From Bdellovibrionales bacterium (GTDB taxonomy: Bacteria > Bdellovibrionota > Bdellovibrionia > Bdellovibrionales > JAUICD01), in assembly GCA_965262715.1 (NCBI GenBank), contig OZ253553.1:1472001-1536000 (forward strand): DNA of 64,000 nucleotides, read 5' to 3'. The stretch's first letter is position 1. Each line of letters begins with the position of its first letter. Both the position numbers and the translations under genes were made by a program. Below the pieces are notes generated by a model, which saw only the letters and a program-made list of their open reading frames with translations, did not search any database and was not told the DNA's origin. Positions 1 to 10,664 of this stretch are shown piece after piece.

Positions 1-1320
1 TGTTGTTAACCAATTATCTGAGTATCTCAAATCATTAAAGTATGTAGAAAATAAAAATCCATAAGCTAAAATGATGCTCGAAATAGAGGATCGAACAGCC
101 TTAGATCTAAGTGTTTCTTTCCAATCGATAGAGTTGAAATATTGCCGCATATCTCTCATAGTAGCAGCATGGTCTTTTCTTTGTATAAGTCCCATTGGAC
201 CCATGTTAAGCCAATAGCGATAACTGGAAGGAAAAGAGCAAGGAACAAAAGCTAGCAGAGCTCCCATAGTCATAATAGATGTAAAGTTGACACTCTCTCC
301 AGTTAAGCTTTCTTTAGCAAGTCCCACTCCTCCCATAAGACAAGCTTGAAATACCGCTTTAGAAGTTCCAAAACTTAAATCATTCCATGTTATTGGAGAT
401 CTAATCACATTCCAATAATCTATAAAATGCAATCGCCTATGCTTCCTTCTTGCTGACTGATAGTTATCTGGATCTGTATAAAACGGGATAGGCCTTTGGA
501 ATTCACCTAGTGACTTCTCAATGCGAGGTGAAACAACTGCTCTGGTACTACCTAAGCCGTCAACCCATAAAAAGATCACATCTCTTCCTTTCTGATGATC
601 TAGGCGGCTCGCACCTGCTACAAAATGTTGCCTTGCTTCAAGTCTTCTTAAATGAAGACTGTCTCTTGAAATAACTGACTCATTTAAAATATAAAAGACA
701 GTATCTGTTGTCTCATTGATGACTCTAACCACAAATTGAAGATCAACTTGTGATAGCTCGGCTATGCCTATCCCCTTTACTTTAAAAAAGAGGTTGTTCG
801 TATGCATTAATCTCTGTAATTCTTCTAAGACAACTTGATCATCCTGACCATGCTCGGCCTCTATATTCTGAATGATGTCTTCAACCTTTAAAAGCAGTGC
901 GTTATGTAAATAATAAATCTCATGAATCATTAACTGAGGGTCTTGCAAGTATTCAATAGAACGGCCTAACTTGGTATGAGGGATATAATGTTCATCTGGA
1001 AGTGGCAAATTGGAAGGCCCTTCATAGTCTCCGGGCATAAGAGAAAATGATCCCTCATTGATTGTAAGAGGTACATTTGGATCATAAGAGTCAAGATATT
1101 CAAGTTGATCTAGAGATTTTAAGGAACGCCCGTTAGGTTGATCTATTAAAACATCACTATCTGGAACAGGGTTATCTAGTTGAGTTGTCTGAGAAAAAGT
1201 GTATGTATTTTGAAAAGTAATTAAAATAATTAACAAATAGGATAAAAACTGCCTCTTAAGAACAGAAGTCTTGTCCTTAGATGCATTTTTTAATAAAAGA
1301 TGACCTAACATTAATCTCAT
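1..1320 (-). CDS. Hypothetical exported/membrane protein, runs off the window start
   Basis: Not in the ORF track. ATG at 1320 (alternative 1350) opens MRLMLGHLLLKNASKDKTSVLKRQFLSYLLIILITFQNTYTFSQ...; both ends of the frame were read and were open through to base 1. Confidence 0.65.
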   Translation of the reverse strand, partial: MRLMLGHLLLKNASKDKTSVLKRQFLSYLLIILITFQNTYTFSQTTQLDNPVPDSDVLIDQPNGRSLKSLDQLEYLDSYDPNVPLTINEGSFSLMPGDYEGPSNLPLPDEHYIPHTKLGRSIEYLQDPQLMIHEIYYLHNALLLKVEDIIQNIEAEHGQDDQVVLEELQRLMHTNNLFFKVKGIGIAELSQVDLQFVVRVINETTDTVFYILNESVISRDSLHLRRLEARQHFVAGASRLDHQKGRDVIFLWVDGLGSTRAVVSPRIEKSLGEFQRPIPFYTDPDNYQSARRKHRRLHFIDYWNVIRSPITWNDLSFGTSKAVFQACLMGGVGLAKESLTGESVNFTSIMTMGALLAFVPCSFPSSYRYWLNMGPMGLIQRKDHAATMRDMRQYFNSIDWKETLRSKAVRSSISSIILAYGFLFSTYFNDLRYSDNWLTT

Positions 1321-1584
1321 TTCTTTATGAGTTCCAATAAAATTGTGCATAGTGACTTATAGTGTGATAGTGAGCTATTTGCTTTTGTAAGCTTCTGGAG
1401 GTGCAATACTTGCCTCATACCTATCTCACCTTTATTTTTGATTTAAAAAGATCTTAACTTATTAGCCTTTTACCCTTGATTTCTTTTGATTTCTTTTCCA
1501 CATGGAAATATCTTATAAGATGTATTAAATCAATTTATTTTTTATAGACAAAATTGGGTATTTATCATATCTGAAACCAAATAT

Positions 1585-3360
1585 ATGAAGGGGAGTGCTT
1601 TGTCTTATCAAGTTATTGCCATTAAATGGCGACCTCAAACGTTTCAAGAGCTTATAGGACAAGAGCATGTCACACAGACATTAACAAACGCCATTAATAG
1701 CCAAAGAATTCCACATGCCATTTTATTTACAGGTTCTAGAGGTGTTGGAAAGACATCAGCTGCAAGGATTTTAGCTAAAAGCTTAAAATGTTCTCCTCAG
1801 CCTTGCAATCAGTGCGCTATTTGTAAAGAAATTTCTAGTGGATCTCATATCGATGTGATGGAAATTGACGGAGCAAGTCACAATGGTGTAGATGCTATAA
1901 GAGAAATTATTGACAAGGCTAGTTATTTGCCTTTGCAAGGTCAGTACAAAATCTGCATTATTGATGAAGTTCACATGCTTTCTACCAGTGCTTTCAATGC
2001 TCTTTTAAAGACTTTAGAAGAACCGCCTGCTCACATGAAGTTTATATTTGCTACCACTGAAATTCAAAAGATTCCTCGAACTATTTTATCACGTTGTCAG
2101 AAGTTCCACTTCCGACAAATCTCTACAAAGCTCATATTTGAACACCTCCAAAAAATCTGCAGAGAAGAGAAGGTGCAAATTGACAAAGAAGCATTATGGT
2201 CTATAGCTCGTCATGGAGAAGGCTCTATGAGAGATAGTCAGAGCCTACTTGATCAAACCATTACTTTCACTGGTAAAGATAACCACATCGCATTAGAGCA
2301 AGTCATTGAGCTTCTAGGATTAACTGACCGTCGTTTTATATTGGACACAGTCACTGCCCTTTGTGAGCAAAATCCTTCACAAATCTTAAGTATTCTCTTA
2401 GAACTTCACAGCTCAAGTTATGATCTCAAATCATTTATTAATGATTTGATTGAAGAGATTAAAAATCTACTTTTTATTAAAGAATGCGCAGCAAGTGATG
2501 TGACCTCATTTGTAGATCTACCTGACACAGAAATTGCAAAACTAAAAGAGCTGGCTCAAAAAATCAAAAAGGAGGATATTCACACTCTTTTTGATATGGC
2601 TTTAAAAGGAAGCTTAGATATTTTAAAAGCTCAAGATGGCAAAATCGTTTTAGAAATGCTTTTATTACGAATGGTTCATGCTCCCAGGTACGTCAATATT
2701 TTAGATTTAGAAAAAGCTATTTTAAATACATCCAGTCAGACCATTAGACAGCATATAGAAACTCAGCCAGTCATTAAAGAACTAGCAACACCGACATCAA
2801 ACAAACTTGCAGATAGTAGCCAAATAGAAAAACAAAAGCAAGTGCCAGCTAATGTAAACCAAAATAATGAAAGTGAGAATAATAACCTTTCTTCTCAAAA
2901 CAACCAGATACCACCTACTCAAAAAGTTACAGGAAAAAAAGAAGAGACACTTATATCTCAGCAATTTTCTGAGTTTGTTGCAAAAATAAAGCAAAAATCC
3001 CCTTTATTAGGAGCTAAGCTTGAAAAAATTTCTTTAGAAAATGTAGATGGTCATACAGTTTTTTTATCTCTTCCTACTGATAGGAGTTTCTTATTATCTC
3101 AACTCAAGTCTCAACAGAATCTTAAAGAGATGCAAAAAGAAGCTTTAGACTTTTGGCAGAAAGATTTAACATTTCAATTTCAAATAAAACAAAAAAATAT
3201 ACAAAATTTTTCAAACAACCATATAACTGAAAATACAGATAAACAAAGTAAGCTTATTGATGAAATTGAAAGCCTTCCTATCATTCAAAAGATAAAATCT
3301 ACATTAGATGCAAAAATGCAAAATGTTGTTAAGAGCCACCCTCAAAATACACTTAATTGA
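1585..3360 (+). CDS. dnaX: DNA polymerase III subunit gamma/tau
   Basis: KWRPQTF, Walker A GSRGVGKTS, Zn-binding CNQCAIC, IIDEVHML, LKTLEEPP, SRC motif. Confidence 0.97.
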   Translation: MKGSALSYQVIAIKWRPQTFQELIGQEHVTQTLTNAINSQRIPHAILFTGSRGVGKTSAARILAKSLKCSPQPCNQCAICKEISSGSHIDVMEIDGASHNGVDAIREIIDKASYLPLQGQYKICIIDEVHMLSTSAFNALLKTLEEPPAHMKFIFATTEIQKIPRTILSRCQKFHFRQISTKLIFEHLQKICREEKVQIDKEALWSIARHGEGSMRDSQSLLDQTITFTGKDNHIALEQVIELLGLTDRRFILDTVTALCEQNPSQILSILLELHSSSYDLKSFINDLIEEIKNLLFIKECAASDVTSFVDLPDTEIAKLKELAQKIKKEDIHTLFDMALKGSLDILKAQDGKIVLEMLLLRMVHAPRYVNILDLEKAILNTSSQTIRQHIETQPVIKELATPTSNKLADSSQIEKQKQVPANVNQNNESENNNLSSQNNQIPPTQKVTGKKEETLISQQFSEFVAKIKQKSPLLGAKLEKISLENVDGHTVFLSLPTDRSFLLSQLKSQQNLKEMQKEALDFWQKDLTFQFQIKQKNIQNFSNNHITENTDKQSKLIDEIESLPIIQKIKSTLDAKMQNVVKSHPQNTLN

Positions 3361-3372
3361 TAAGGAATATCC

Positions 3373-3987
3373 GTGACCTCTTTAACTCCTTCACTTGATC
3401 AACTCGTTAAACAGCTTTCTAAGTTTCCTGGTGTTGGAGAAAAAACAGCATTACGCTTAGCTTATTTTATCCTAAAATCTAAGACTTTTAATAGAGAGCT
3501 GACAGAAGCCTTTAAATTGGTCAAAGAAAAAATAAGAACTTGCTCAGAATGCTTTGCTTATACAGAAGAGGTATCTATTTGCCCTATCTGCTCTGATCAA
3601 AAGCGTCCATCTCATACGCTTTGTGTCGTAGAGGATGCTTCAGATATTTTTAGAGTGGAATCTTCAGGCGTCTTTCATGGAAAGTACCATGTCCTTCAAG
3701 GCAGCTTATCTCCTTTAGAGGGTATTCAACCAGAAGATTTAACTATAGATGCCTTACTTCAAAGGGTGATGAATTCTCAAAAGGCAACCGATCCATTAAA
3801 AGAAATTATATTTGCTCTTGACGCTGATTTAGAAGGCGACACAACAGCTCTTTATATCTCTAAAATGTTACAGTCTTATGAGATAAAAATAACAAGGCTA
3901 GCATCAGGTGTTCCTTTTGGTACAGATATAGACTATATTGACAATAGGACTTTAGGTCGCGCATTAGAAAATAGAGTTCAACTATAA
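3373..3987 (+). CDS. recR: Recombination mediator RecR
   Basis: PGVGEKTALRLAY HhH, C4 zinc finger, Toprim CVVED, ITRLASGVPFG. Confidence 0.97.
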   Translation: MTSLTPSLDQLVKQLSKFPGVGEKTALRLAYFILKSKTFNRELTEAFKLVKEKIRTCSECFAYTEEVSICPICSDQKRPSHTLCVVEDASDIFRVESSGVFHGKYHVLQGSLSPLEGIQPEDLTIDALLQRVMNSQKATDPLKEIIFALDADLEGDTTALYISKMLQSYEIKITRLASGVPFGTDIDYIDNRTLGRALENRVQL

Positions 3988-4004
3988 ACAAAAAGTAAAC
4001 TACT

Positions 4005-4595
4005 ATGTCATTTGTCAACTATAATGCTAAAGAAATTCATTGTAAGGTTGTCTATTATGGTCCATCTTTAGGTGGTAAAACAACCAATGTGCAGTGGATT
4101 TTTCAAAAAACCGCTACAGACGCTAAGTCCAAATTGATGACTTTAAATATAGAAAACGAAAGAACAATTTTCTTTGACTTTCTACCATTATCCTTAGGTG
4201 AGATTAGAGGATTTAAAACGAGACTTCATCTCTATTCCGTCCCAGGTCAAATGGTTTATGACGCTAGTAGAAAGCTTATTTTAAAAGGTTTGGATGGAGT
4301 TATCTTTGTAGCTGACAGCCAAACCGAGAGAATGGAAGAGAACTTACAATCTCTCAAAAATTTAAAAACCAATCTTGAACAGCAAGGCTGTGATATTCAT
4401 CAAATGCCTCTTGTTTTTCAATACAATAAGAGGGATTTACCTAATATCATGCTTGTCAATGAACTCCGTTCAGAACTCAACAAATACAATGCACCTGACT
4501 TTGAAGCCAGTGCAGTCCAAGGTGTGGGAGTTTTTGAATCACTCAAGACTCTTTCTAAAAAGATCATTACCATTCTCAAAGGAGGAGAGGCTTAG
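4005..4595 (+). CDS. mglA: Ras-like small GTPase MglA
   Basis: MSFVNYNAKEIHCKVVYYGPSLGGKTTN, RTIFFDFLPL, VPGQ, QYNKRDL. Confidence 0.95.
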   Translation: MSFVNYNAKEIHCKVVYYGPSLGGKTTNVQWIFQKTATDAKSKLMTLNIENERTIFFDFLPLSLGEIRGFKTRLHLYSVPGQMVYDASRKLILKGLDGVIFVADSQTERMEENLQSLKNLKTNLEQQGCDIHQMPLVFQYNKRDLPNIMLVNELRSELNKYNAPDFEASAVQGVGVFESLKTLSKKIITILKGGEA

Positions 4596-4655
4596 AAGTT
4601 ATTTTTAGAATGAGTCATATAAAAGTTACATATTTTTAAATAAGGAAAATGAAAA

Positions 4656-5669
4656 ATGCAACAAAGGATAGTTGATGGAAGAAAGGATACTAAAGAAGGT
4701 TCTTTGGAGCAAAAACTGCGTCCGCTTTCTTTTAAAGATTTTCCAGGACAAGATAAAGTTAAGGAAAAATTAAAAGTTTTTGTACAGGCTGCAAAAAAAA
4801 GAGGCGATGCCCTTGATCACACCATTTTATGTGGCCCTCCCGGTCTTGGAAAAACCACCTTGAGTCATATTTTAGCTTCTGAAATGAAGGTCCCCATCAA
4901 AACAACATCAGGCCCTACAATAGAGAAAAAGGGTGATATTGCAGCTATTTTAACTCACCTTACTCCTCACTCTATATTATTTATTGATGAGATCCATCGT
5001 TTAAACCGCATAGTTGAGGAATATTTGTATTCTGCAATGGAAGACTTTTACATTGATTTGCTTACTGGAGAAGGCTTAGGAGCAAGGTCCATGCAGTTTA
5101 AGTTAGTGCCTTTCACATTAATTGGAGCTACTACACGTATTGGCTCTTTGAATGCGCCATTTAGAGATCGATTTGGTATTACAGAGAGATTAGATTTCTA
5201 CGCCCCATCTGCGCTTCATCAAATTGTTTTGCGTTCGGCAAAGCTTTTAAATATCAAAATCGATGAGAAAGCTGCTTACGAAATTGCTACAAGATGTAGA
5301 GGCACACCTCGAATTGCCAATCGTCTTTTAAAACGCATTAGAGATTATGCTCAAGTTCAATCTGATGGACATATCACAGAATCTATTGCAAACTTTGCTC
5401 TTCAAAAATTAGAAGTTGATCAGATGGGTCTTGATGATATGGATAGAAAGATATTAAAATTTATTATTGAAAAATTTAATGGGGGACCTGTTGGCATTGA
5501 GACGATGGCCTCAGCATTGAGTGAAGAAAAGAGCACATTAGAGGATGTTTACGAGCCATTTCTAATTAAGGAAGGATTTTTACAAAAAACACCAAGAGGC
5601 CGTATCACAAGCCATATAGCTTATAAGCATCTTGATAAAAAATATCCACTTTCTTTTGAAATAAAATAA
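4656..5669 (+). CDS. ruvB: Holliday junction branch migration helicase RuvB
   Basis: LRP..F, GPPGLGKTT, FIDEIHRL, GATTR, RDRFGI, RGTPRIANRLL, EPFLI..G. Confidence 0.98.
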   Translation: MQQRIVDGRKDTKEGSLEQKLRPLSFKDFPGQDKVKEKLKVFVQAAKKRGDALDHTILCGPPGLGKTTLSHILASEMKVPIKTTSGPTIEKKGDIAAILTHLTPHSILFIDEIHRLNRIVEEYLYSAMEDFYIDLLTGEGLGARSMQFKLVPFTLIGATTRIGSLNAPFRDRFGITERLDFYAPSALHQIVLRSAKLLNIKIDEKAAYEIATRCRGTPRIANRLLKRIRDYAQVQSDGHITESIANFALQKLEVDQMGLDDMDRKILKFIIEKFNGGPVGIETMASALSEEKSTLEDVYEPFLIKEGFLQKTPRGRITSHIAYKHLDKKYPLSFEIK

Positions 5670-5753
5670 TAAAGATAATTAGAAGCCATTATTATAATAA
5701 TGAAGACTGTATTTCTGATTTAAAATTTAAAAATACAGAAGAGGTTAAAGTTA

Positions 5754-6950
5754 ATGAAACCTTTAAAAAAAACAATTAGTTTCCTACAAGAATTTTCTAT
5801 CCCTCTTATTTTAGGAGTTGTAGGCGCGCTCATTTGGGCAAATATAGATATTGAAGGTTATCAAGCTTTTGTTAACTATACTCTTTTCCCATTCACGTTT
5901 TTTGGTCACAACGTTAGCTTGCACTTTTTGGTCAACGATATCTTTATGGTTTTCTTTTTTGGTATTGCTGCTGTTGAAATTGTACAAGCCGTAAATCATG
6001 GAGGCAGCCTCAATCCCATTTCAAAAGCCATTAACCCTCTTTATGCAACAGCAGGTGGTGTTATAGGGCCTGTTCTTTTATTCTTTCTCCTTTGCTATAC
6101 TCTACCCCTCCAAGATCTTTTAGAGTATGTCAGTTTCAAAGAGATCATTAATGGGTGGGGTATTCCAACAGCTACAGATATTGCTCTTGCTTGGTTGATT
6201 GCTCGTATGGTGTTTGGGAAAAGCCATCCTGCTGTTAGCTATCTTCTATTATTGGCTGTAGCTGATGATGCTATTGGCTTAATTATTATTGCTGTGTTTT
6301 ATCCTGATCCTGCATATTCTATTGAAATAGGCTACTTAACTTTGAATTTATTAGCTATGGGTGTTGCTTTTTTCTTTAGAAAGCATAATGTACAAAGCTT
6401 TGTTCCTTACATTGCAGTGGCAGGAACATTATCGTGGTGTGGATTGATCATGGCTCACCTCCACCCAGCACTTGCTTTGGTTTTTATAGTCCCTTTTATG
6501 CCAATAAGTCAAAAAAGGCACGGTGAGATTTTTGAAGATGAACCACAACACTCAACTCTCATTGAATTCGAACATGCTTTTAAATTATTTGTAGACTTAG
6601 GCCTTCTTGCTTTTGGACTTGTGAATGCTGGGGTGCTTTTAACTGAGGTCAATTCACTCACGTGGATTATTTTATTATCTCTCATTGTAGGTAAGGTATT
6701 AGGCGTTACCTTTTTTGGAATACTTGGAGATAAAATGGGCTTTGGCCTGCCTCAAGGAATGAATTACACATCTTTAGCCATTGCCGGATTGATTGCAGGC
6801 TTAGGTTTAACAGTAGCTCTTTTTGTTTCAGGAGAGGCTTATCATCAGCCTTTTTTACAAAATGGCGCTAAAATGGGAGCTTTATTTTCTCTGATAGCAG
6901 CTCCTATTGCATTCTTCTTAGGAAAATTTTTCAAGGTGAAAAATAAATAA
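5754..6950 (+). CDS. nhaA: Na+/H+ antiporter NhaA family
   Basis: Polytopic membrane protein with VNDIFM, GWGIPTATDIA, LAVADD, GLGLTVALF motifs. Confidence 0.92.
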   Translation: MKPLKKTISFLQEFSIPLILGVVGALIWANIDIEGYQAFVNYTLFPFTFFGHNVSLHFLVNDIFMVFFFGIAAVEIVQAVNHGGSLNPISKAINPLYATAGGVIGPVLLFFLLCYTLPLQDLLEYVSFKEIINGWGIPTATDIALAWLIARMVFGKSHPAVSYLLLLAVADDAIGLIIIAVFYPDPAYSIEIGYLTLNLLAMGVAFFFRKHNVQSFVPYIAVAGTLSWCGLIMAHLHPALALVFIVPFMPISQKRHGEIFEDEPQHSTLIEFEHAFKLFVDLGLLAFGLVNAGVLLTEVNSLTWIILLSLIVGKVLGVTFFGILGDKMGFGLPQGMNYTSLAIAGLIAGLGLTVALFVSGEAYHQPFLQNGAKMGALFSLIAAPIAFFLGKFFKVKNK

Positions 6951-6989
6951 ATTAAGAATTTATCGACACAGCCTGTTATTAAATATGGC

Positions 6990-7751
6990 TTGCACTACAT
7001 GTCAATACATTGTAGGAAAAGAACCATGAGACATTTTAAACTATATTATCTATTAGGGATCATATTATTTAGCTTTTCTGCTCAAAACGGATTATCTCAA
7101 CAACCTACTGGTATTTGCAGCTATGAATTCTGGCCAACAGCCACACCATCTGATGTGATATTAGAACTTGAACTGAGTGGAATAGATATCAATAGCCCTT
7201 GTGATGAAGAGACTGGAGATAGGCCTATCCATATAGCACTTATGAGAAGTAATAATTATTTAGCTATTGAAGTCCTTTTTGAGTTTGGCGCAAGCCTGCT
7301 TGTCAGTAATAAAAATGGAGAAACACCTGTTATCCTTACAGAGCAAATGTATCATACTGCACAAACAATGCTAGAACAAAATAAACCTCGTTTGCTGCGC
7401 AGTATGAAAGATTTTCTCACACAGAGAGTCACTGAACATTCAGGTGCTTTTGATGAAGTCCGTCAACAATTGCAAGATATCATGAGAGATTTTTTAAATA
7501 ATAACCTGGAAGATATCGATGAAGGTACTGATAAAGCATCTTATTTACAAGCTAAGTTTGAAGAAGCCTTAGGAGAACTTAGAAGCGAACATCAATACGT
7601 GCACTTTTCTCAAGATATGCAAGACTTTGAATCAACTGATATTTATACAAATCAGCTTGGAATTAGAAGACACCGTGATTTTCTTAGAACACTTTTAAAT
7701 AACCTTAGAGAATTGGAAGAGCAAGAACAAAGAGCAAAAGCTCTTCTTTAA
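6990..7751 (+). CDS. Exported protein with ankyrin-like repeat(s) and helical C-terminus (true start probably 7026)
   Basis: Signal peptide MRHFKLYYLLGIILFSFSA; GDRPIHIAL...GA....NKNGETP ankyrin pattern. Confidence 0.65.
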   Translation: MHYMSIHCRKRTMRHFKLYYLLGIILFSFSAQNGLSQQPTGICSYEFWPTATPSDVILELELSGIDINSPCDEETGDRPIHIALMRSNNYLAIEVLFEFGASLLVSNKNGETPVILTEQMYHTAQTMLEQNKPRLLRSMKDFLTQRVTEHSGAFDEVRQQLQDIMRDFLNNNLEDIDEGTDKASYLQAKFEEALGELRSEHQYVHFSQDMQDFESTDIYTNQLGIRRHRDFLRTLLNNLRELEEQEQRAKALL

Positions 7752-7909
7752 GATTTTCAAAAAACAAAATGATCAATATCATCTCAATTAGACCAAAAAG
7801 CTAAAACAGATATTGCTACTTGGTACAGTTTTCTAGACTACCTGTTTGCGCAAGTTACCTGAATGCCAGATGCCAGAACAACGGTGACTGCTATTTTAAC
7901 TTTTAACCC

Positions 7910-8246
7910 ACAAACTATGAAAAAGTCCTAAGCTTAATGAGTTTTATCAATTAATTAAACAATATCTTAGTTTAATTAAATCATTGTAAATATTATCCAT
8001 TAATACAATATTTTTTTGAAACAATAATGCTATCTTTATTAATTCTGTCAAACTTATGTTTCCTATTTTAATCTAAAGAGAGGCCACGAGTCCTAAAAAT
8101 AGTTTTTATAATCTCAGCATACCTTGTGCCTGTACTTTCATCAAATAACTGCTTAGCTAAGTTTACAATCTTAACCCCAGCTGTTACAAAACGTAACTTC
8201 AAATCGCAAGTGCAACTCTTTTGTGTTTATAGATATTTTTAAAAGT
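7910..8246. repeat. 337-bp direct repeat, left copy (putative target-site duplication of IS1634-family element A)
   Basis: ACAAACTATG...TTTTTAAAAGT matches 10167-10503 and abuts the TIR at 8247. Confidence 0.92.
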
Positions 8247-10166
8247 CCTGACTTCGACGGTTTAAACTTATAAGTTACTGGGATCATTGGATGATACATT
8301 ACATCATAGGCACTACAATTGATTTTTAGTTATGTATTAAGTGTATTTTTATTCAATAAGATAAGGTGTTGTAGAGTGCTTAAGTCCCATAATCTGATAG
8401 ATTTTCAGAGCTTCCTTACTTATATTTGAAGGTATAGAGTACTTTCTGTTATTGGTTTGATCTACTAATAAACTATGCTGTACATGGATTAAAGCATTTC
8501 GTATAACTTCCGGTGAACAGGATTGGTATTGTATCTTAATTCTGTAAGCTAAGTGTCTTATACAGACTAAACAGATAAAAGCAATGGCTATGTGTGCTTT
8601 GATCCGATCTGATGTCCAGTGAAATATAGGACGTATTTTTAAATCATGCTTAGCTATCCGGAATGTTTCTTCGACTTGCCATAACCCCTTATATTGGCTA
8701 ATAATGTCTAAATCATCCATATCTTTGAGGTTTGTTATGACTCCAAACAAACCATCCCACTTTTGATCTTCTTTGACTCGATTTTCATTGACTGAAAGCT
8801 TTTGTTTCTTGCCTGTGACTTTTAAATACTTCTTATAACCGTAATTGTTTAATAAAGTCTTCACATCTTGAGCCTTTGAGAGTTTCTTAACTAAACTATC
8901 TATAGTTTGTTGACGATCATGTCGATCTTTCTCCGCTCTCTTATAAGAATAACAAACTATCACTTTCCTCTTATTATCTTTATCTTCTAATGATTGAATC
9001 TTGAAACCTTCTTGTTTACTGACAATTTTGTACTTTGACTTATCTAATACAAGCTCTTGTTTTACTTTTGGTAATTTCTTAAGCTTAGCTCCTACAATAT
9101 AATGAAGATTCTCATCTTCTAGTGCTTTTAAATTATCTTCACTTAACATTCCTCTATCAGCGACATAAATAGCTTGTTCTAAGTTATATTTAGACTTCAT
9201 CTCTTTTATCACTGGATTTAAGGTATGACCCTCGAAGATAGCACCCGGGAAAGTCTCGTAACTGACAGGAAAACCTTCTTTGGTCACAACGACTGCTAAA
9301 CACACTTGAGATTCTTTAAACTTAGCATCTTTACTGTAACCTCTTTGTCTTAAATCATCTTCAATAATTGATTCAAAATACAGTGTCGTACAATCAAAAA
9401 ACAAAACTTTCAAAGGCTCTTTAAAAACCTTTTGTGCCACTTGACCTGCCAGTCTCTTTATCTTATCTATCCTTTTGCTATCTAAACGATCCATCATGCG
9501 ATAAATCTTCTCTAACGAAATATGAACTCCAAAATCCTCTTCTAAAAATCGACTGCTCTCTCTTTTACTTTGAGGATTAGCTATCCGAGCCATCACTGTA
9601 TGAAATAAAACCCAATGTGATGAATGATAACGACTCACTGGTAAAATGCGATCTAAACCTAATTCCTTGTACATAGCTCCATAAACCTCATGAATACCTA
9701 CAATGACTCTTTGATCTTCCCTTAGTTTCTTAAGATCTACTTTTAAGGGTTTATTGCAATGACGAAACTTGGACTCAATCACTTGTTTAGAAATCTCTTC
9801 CGGAGCAAAAAAAGATAATTGATTTTCATTTGTTAGTTTAGCTTTGATGAATTCTCCAAGCTCTTGAAGACGAAATAGCTCATCCTCATCTTGAGCCACT
9901 CCGACATGACGGATGATCTTTTGGCGAACTTTATTGCCATAACGGATAGAATCAACGATCTGAACTGACTGCCTTGGACTGTTTGGTGTGCTTTTGATTC
10001 TTACAAACATAAAAATAATTTAATGCTTATTAAAAAAAAAGTCAAAATAAAAATAAAAATAATCTGACATGGTGTGTTACTAGGCACTACATCGAAAACT
10101 TACTCCAAAATCCTATAACCATCAATGTTACAAAATCAATACCGAACATAAACCGTCGAAGTCAGG
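8247..10166 (-). mobile_element. IS1634-family insertion sequence A (1,920 bp)
   Basis: Perfect 18-bp TIRs CCTGACTTCGACGGTTTA (8247-8264) / TAAACCGTCGAAGTCAGG (10149-10166) enclose a single transposase gene. Confidence 0.93.
8349..10010 (-). CDS. IS1634-family DDE transposase
   Basis: MFVR..., FFDCTTLYFE, GYSKD, VADRGM, YKGLWQVEETFR..K..L..RPIFHW...RI.AH. Confidence 0.93.
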   Translation of the reverse strand: MFVRIKSTPNSPRQSVQIVDSIRYGNKVRQKIIRHVGVAQDEDELFRLQELGEFIKAKLTNENQLSFFAPEEISKQVIESKFRHCNKPLKVDLKKLREDQRVIVGIHEVYGAMYKELGLDRILPVSRYHSSHWVLFHTVMARIANPQSKRESSRFLEEDFGVHISLEKIYRMMDRLDSKRIDKIKRLAGQVAQKVFKEPLKVLFFDCTTLYFESIIEDDLRQRGYSKDAKFKESQVCLAVVVTKEGFPVSYETFPGAIFEGHTLNPVIKEMKSKYNLEQAIYVADRGMLSEDNLKALEDENLHYIVGAKLKKLPKVKQELVLDKSKYKIVSKQEGFKIQSLEDKDNKRKVIVCYSYKRAEKDRHDRQQTIDSLVKKLSKAQDVKTLLNNYGYKKYLKVTGKKQKLSVNENRVKEDQKWDGLFGVITNLKDMDDLDIISQYKGLWQVEETFRIAKHDLKIRPIFHWTSDRIKAHIAIAFICLVCIRHLAYRIKIQYQSCSPEVIRNALIHVQHSLLVDQTNNRKYSIPSNISKEALKIYQIMGLKHSTTPYLIE

Positions 10167-10503
10167 ACAAACTATGAAAAAGTCCTAAGCTTAATGAGTT
10201 TTATCAATTAATTAAACAATATCTTAGTTTAATTAAATCATTGTAAATATTATCCATTAATACAATATTTTTTTGAAACAATAATGCTATCTTTATTAAT
10301 TCTGTCAAACTTATGTTTCCTATTTTAATCTAAAGAGAGGCCACGAGTCCTAAAAATAGTTTTTATAATCTCAGCATACCTTGTGCCTGTACTTTCATCA
10401 AATAACTGCTTAGCTAAGTTTACAATCTTAACCCCAGCTGTTACAAAACGTAACTTCAAATCGCAAGTGCAACTCTTTTGTGTTTATAGATATTTTTAAA
10501 AGT
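10167..10503. repeat. 337-bp direct repeat, right copy
   Basis: Starts immediately after the TIR ending at 10166; offset 2257 from the left copy. Confidence 0.92.
10325..10447 (-). pseudogene. Detached C-terminal 40 codons of the metalloprotease gene at 11787-14324 (second copy at 8068-8190)
   Basis: Removing the IS30 and one AAA target copy gives in-frame ...HNDD-FVTAGVKIVNLAKQLFDESTGTRYAEIIKTIFRTRGLSLD*. Confidence 0.8.
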
Positions 10504-10588
10504 TGTATCACTTTAGGATTAATATTCCAACAAAGTTTTAATTATCATGAAAGATTATAGTAAATTATTTAATTTGAATGAATGTATT

Positions 10589-10664
10589 TTGATGTTTATG
10601 GCAAAGTCTCGTAGTCCTCGAGCTAAAGCTCTGCGGAAGAACGATCCTTTGCCATAAACATCAA
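10589..10664. repeat. Palindromic element: 18-bp perfect arms around the conserved core AGTCCTCGAG..CTCTGCGGAAGA
   Basis: Arms TTGATGTTTATGGCAAAG / CTTTGCCATAAACATCAA; the core is the reverse complement of the core at 25321 and 28940. Confidence 0.75.
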
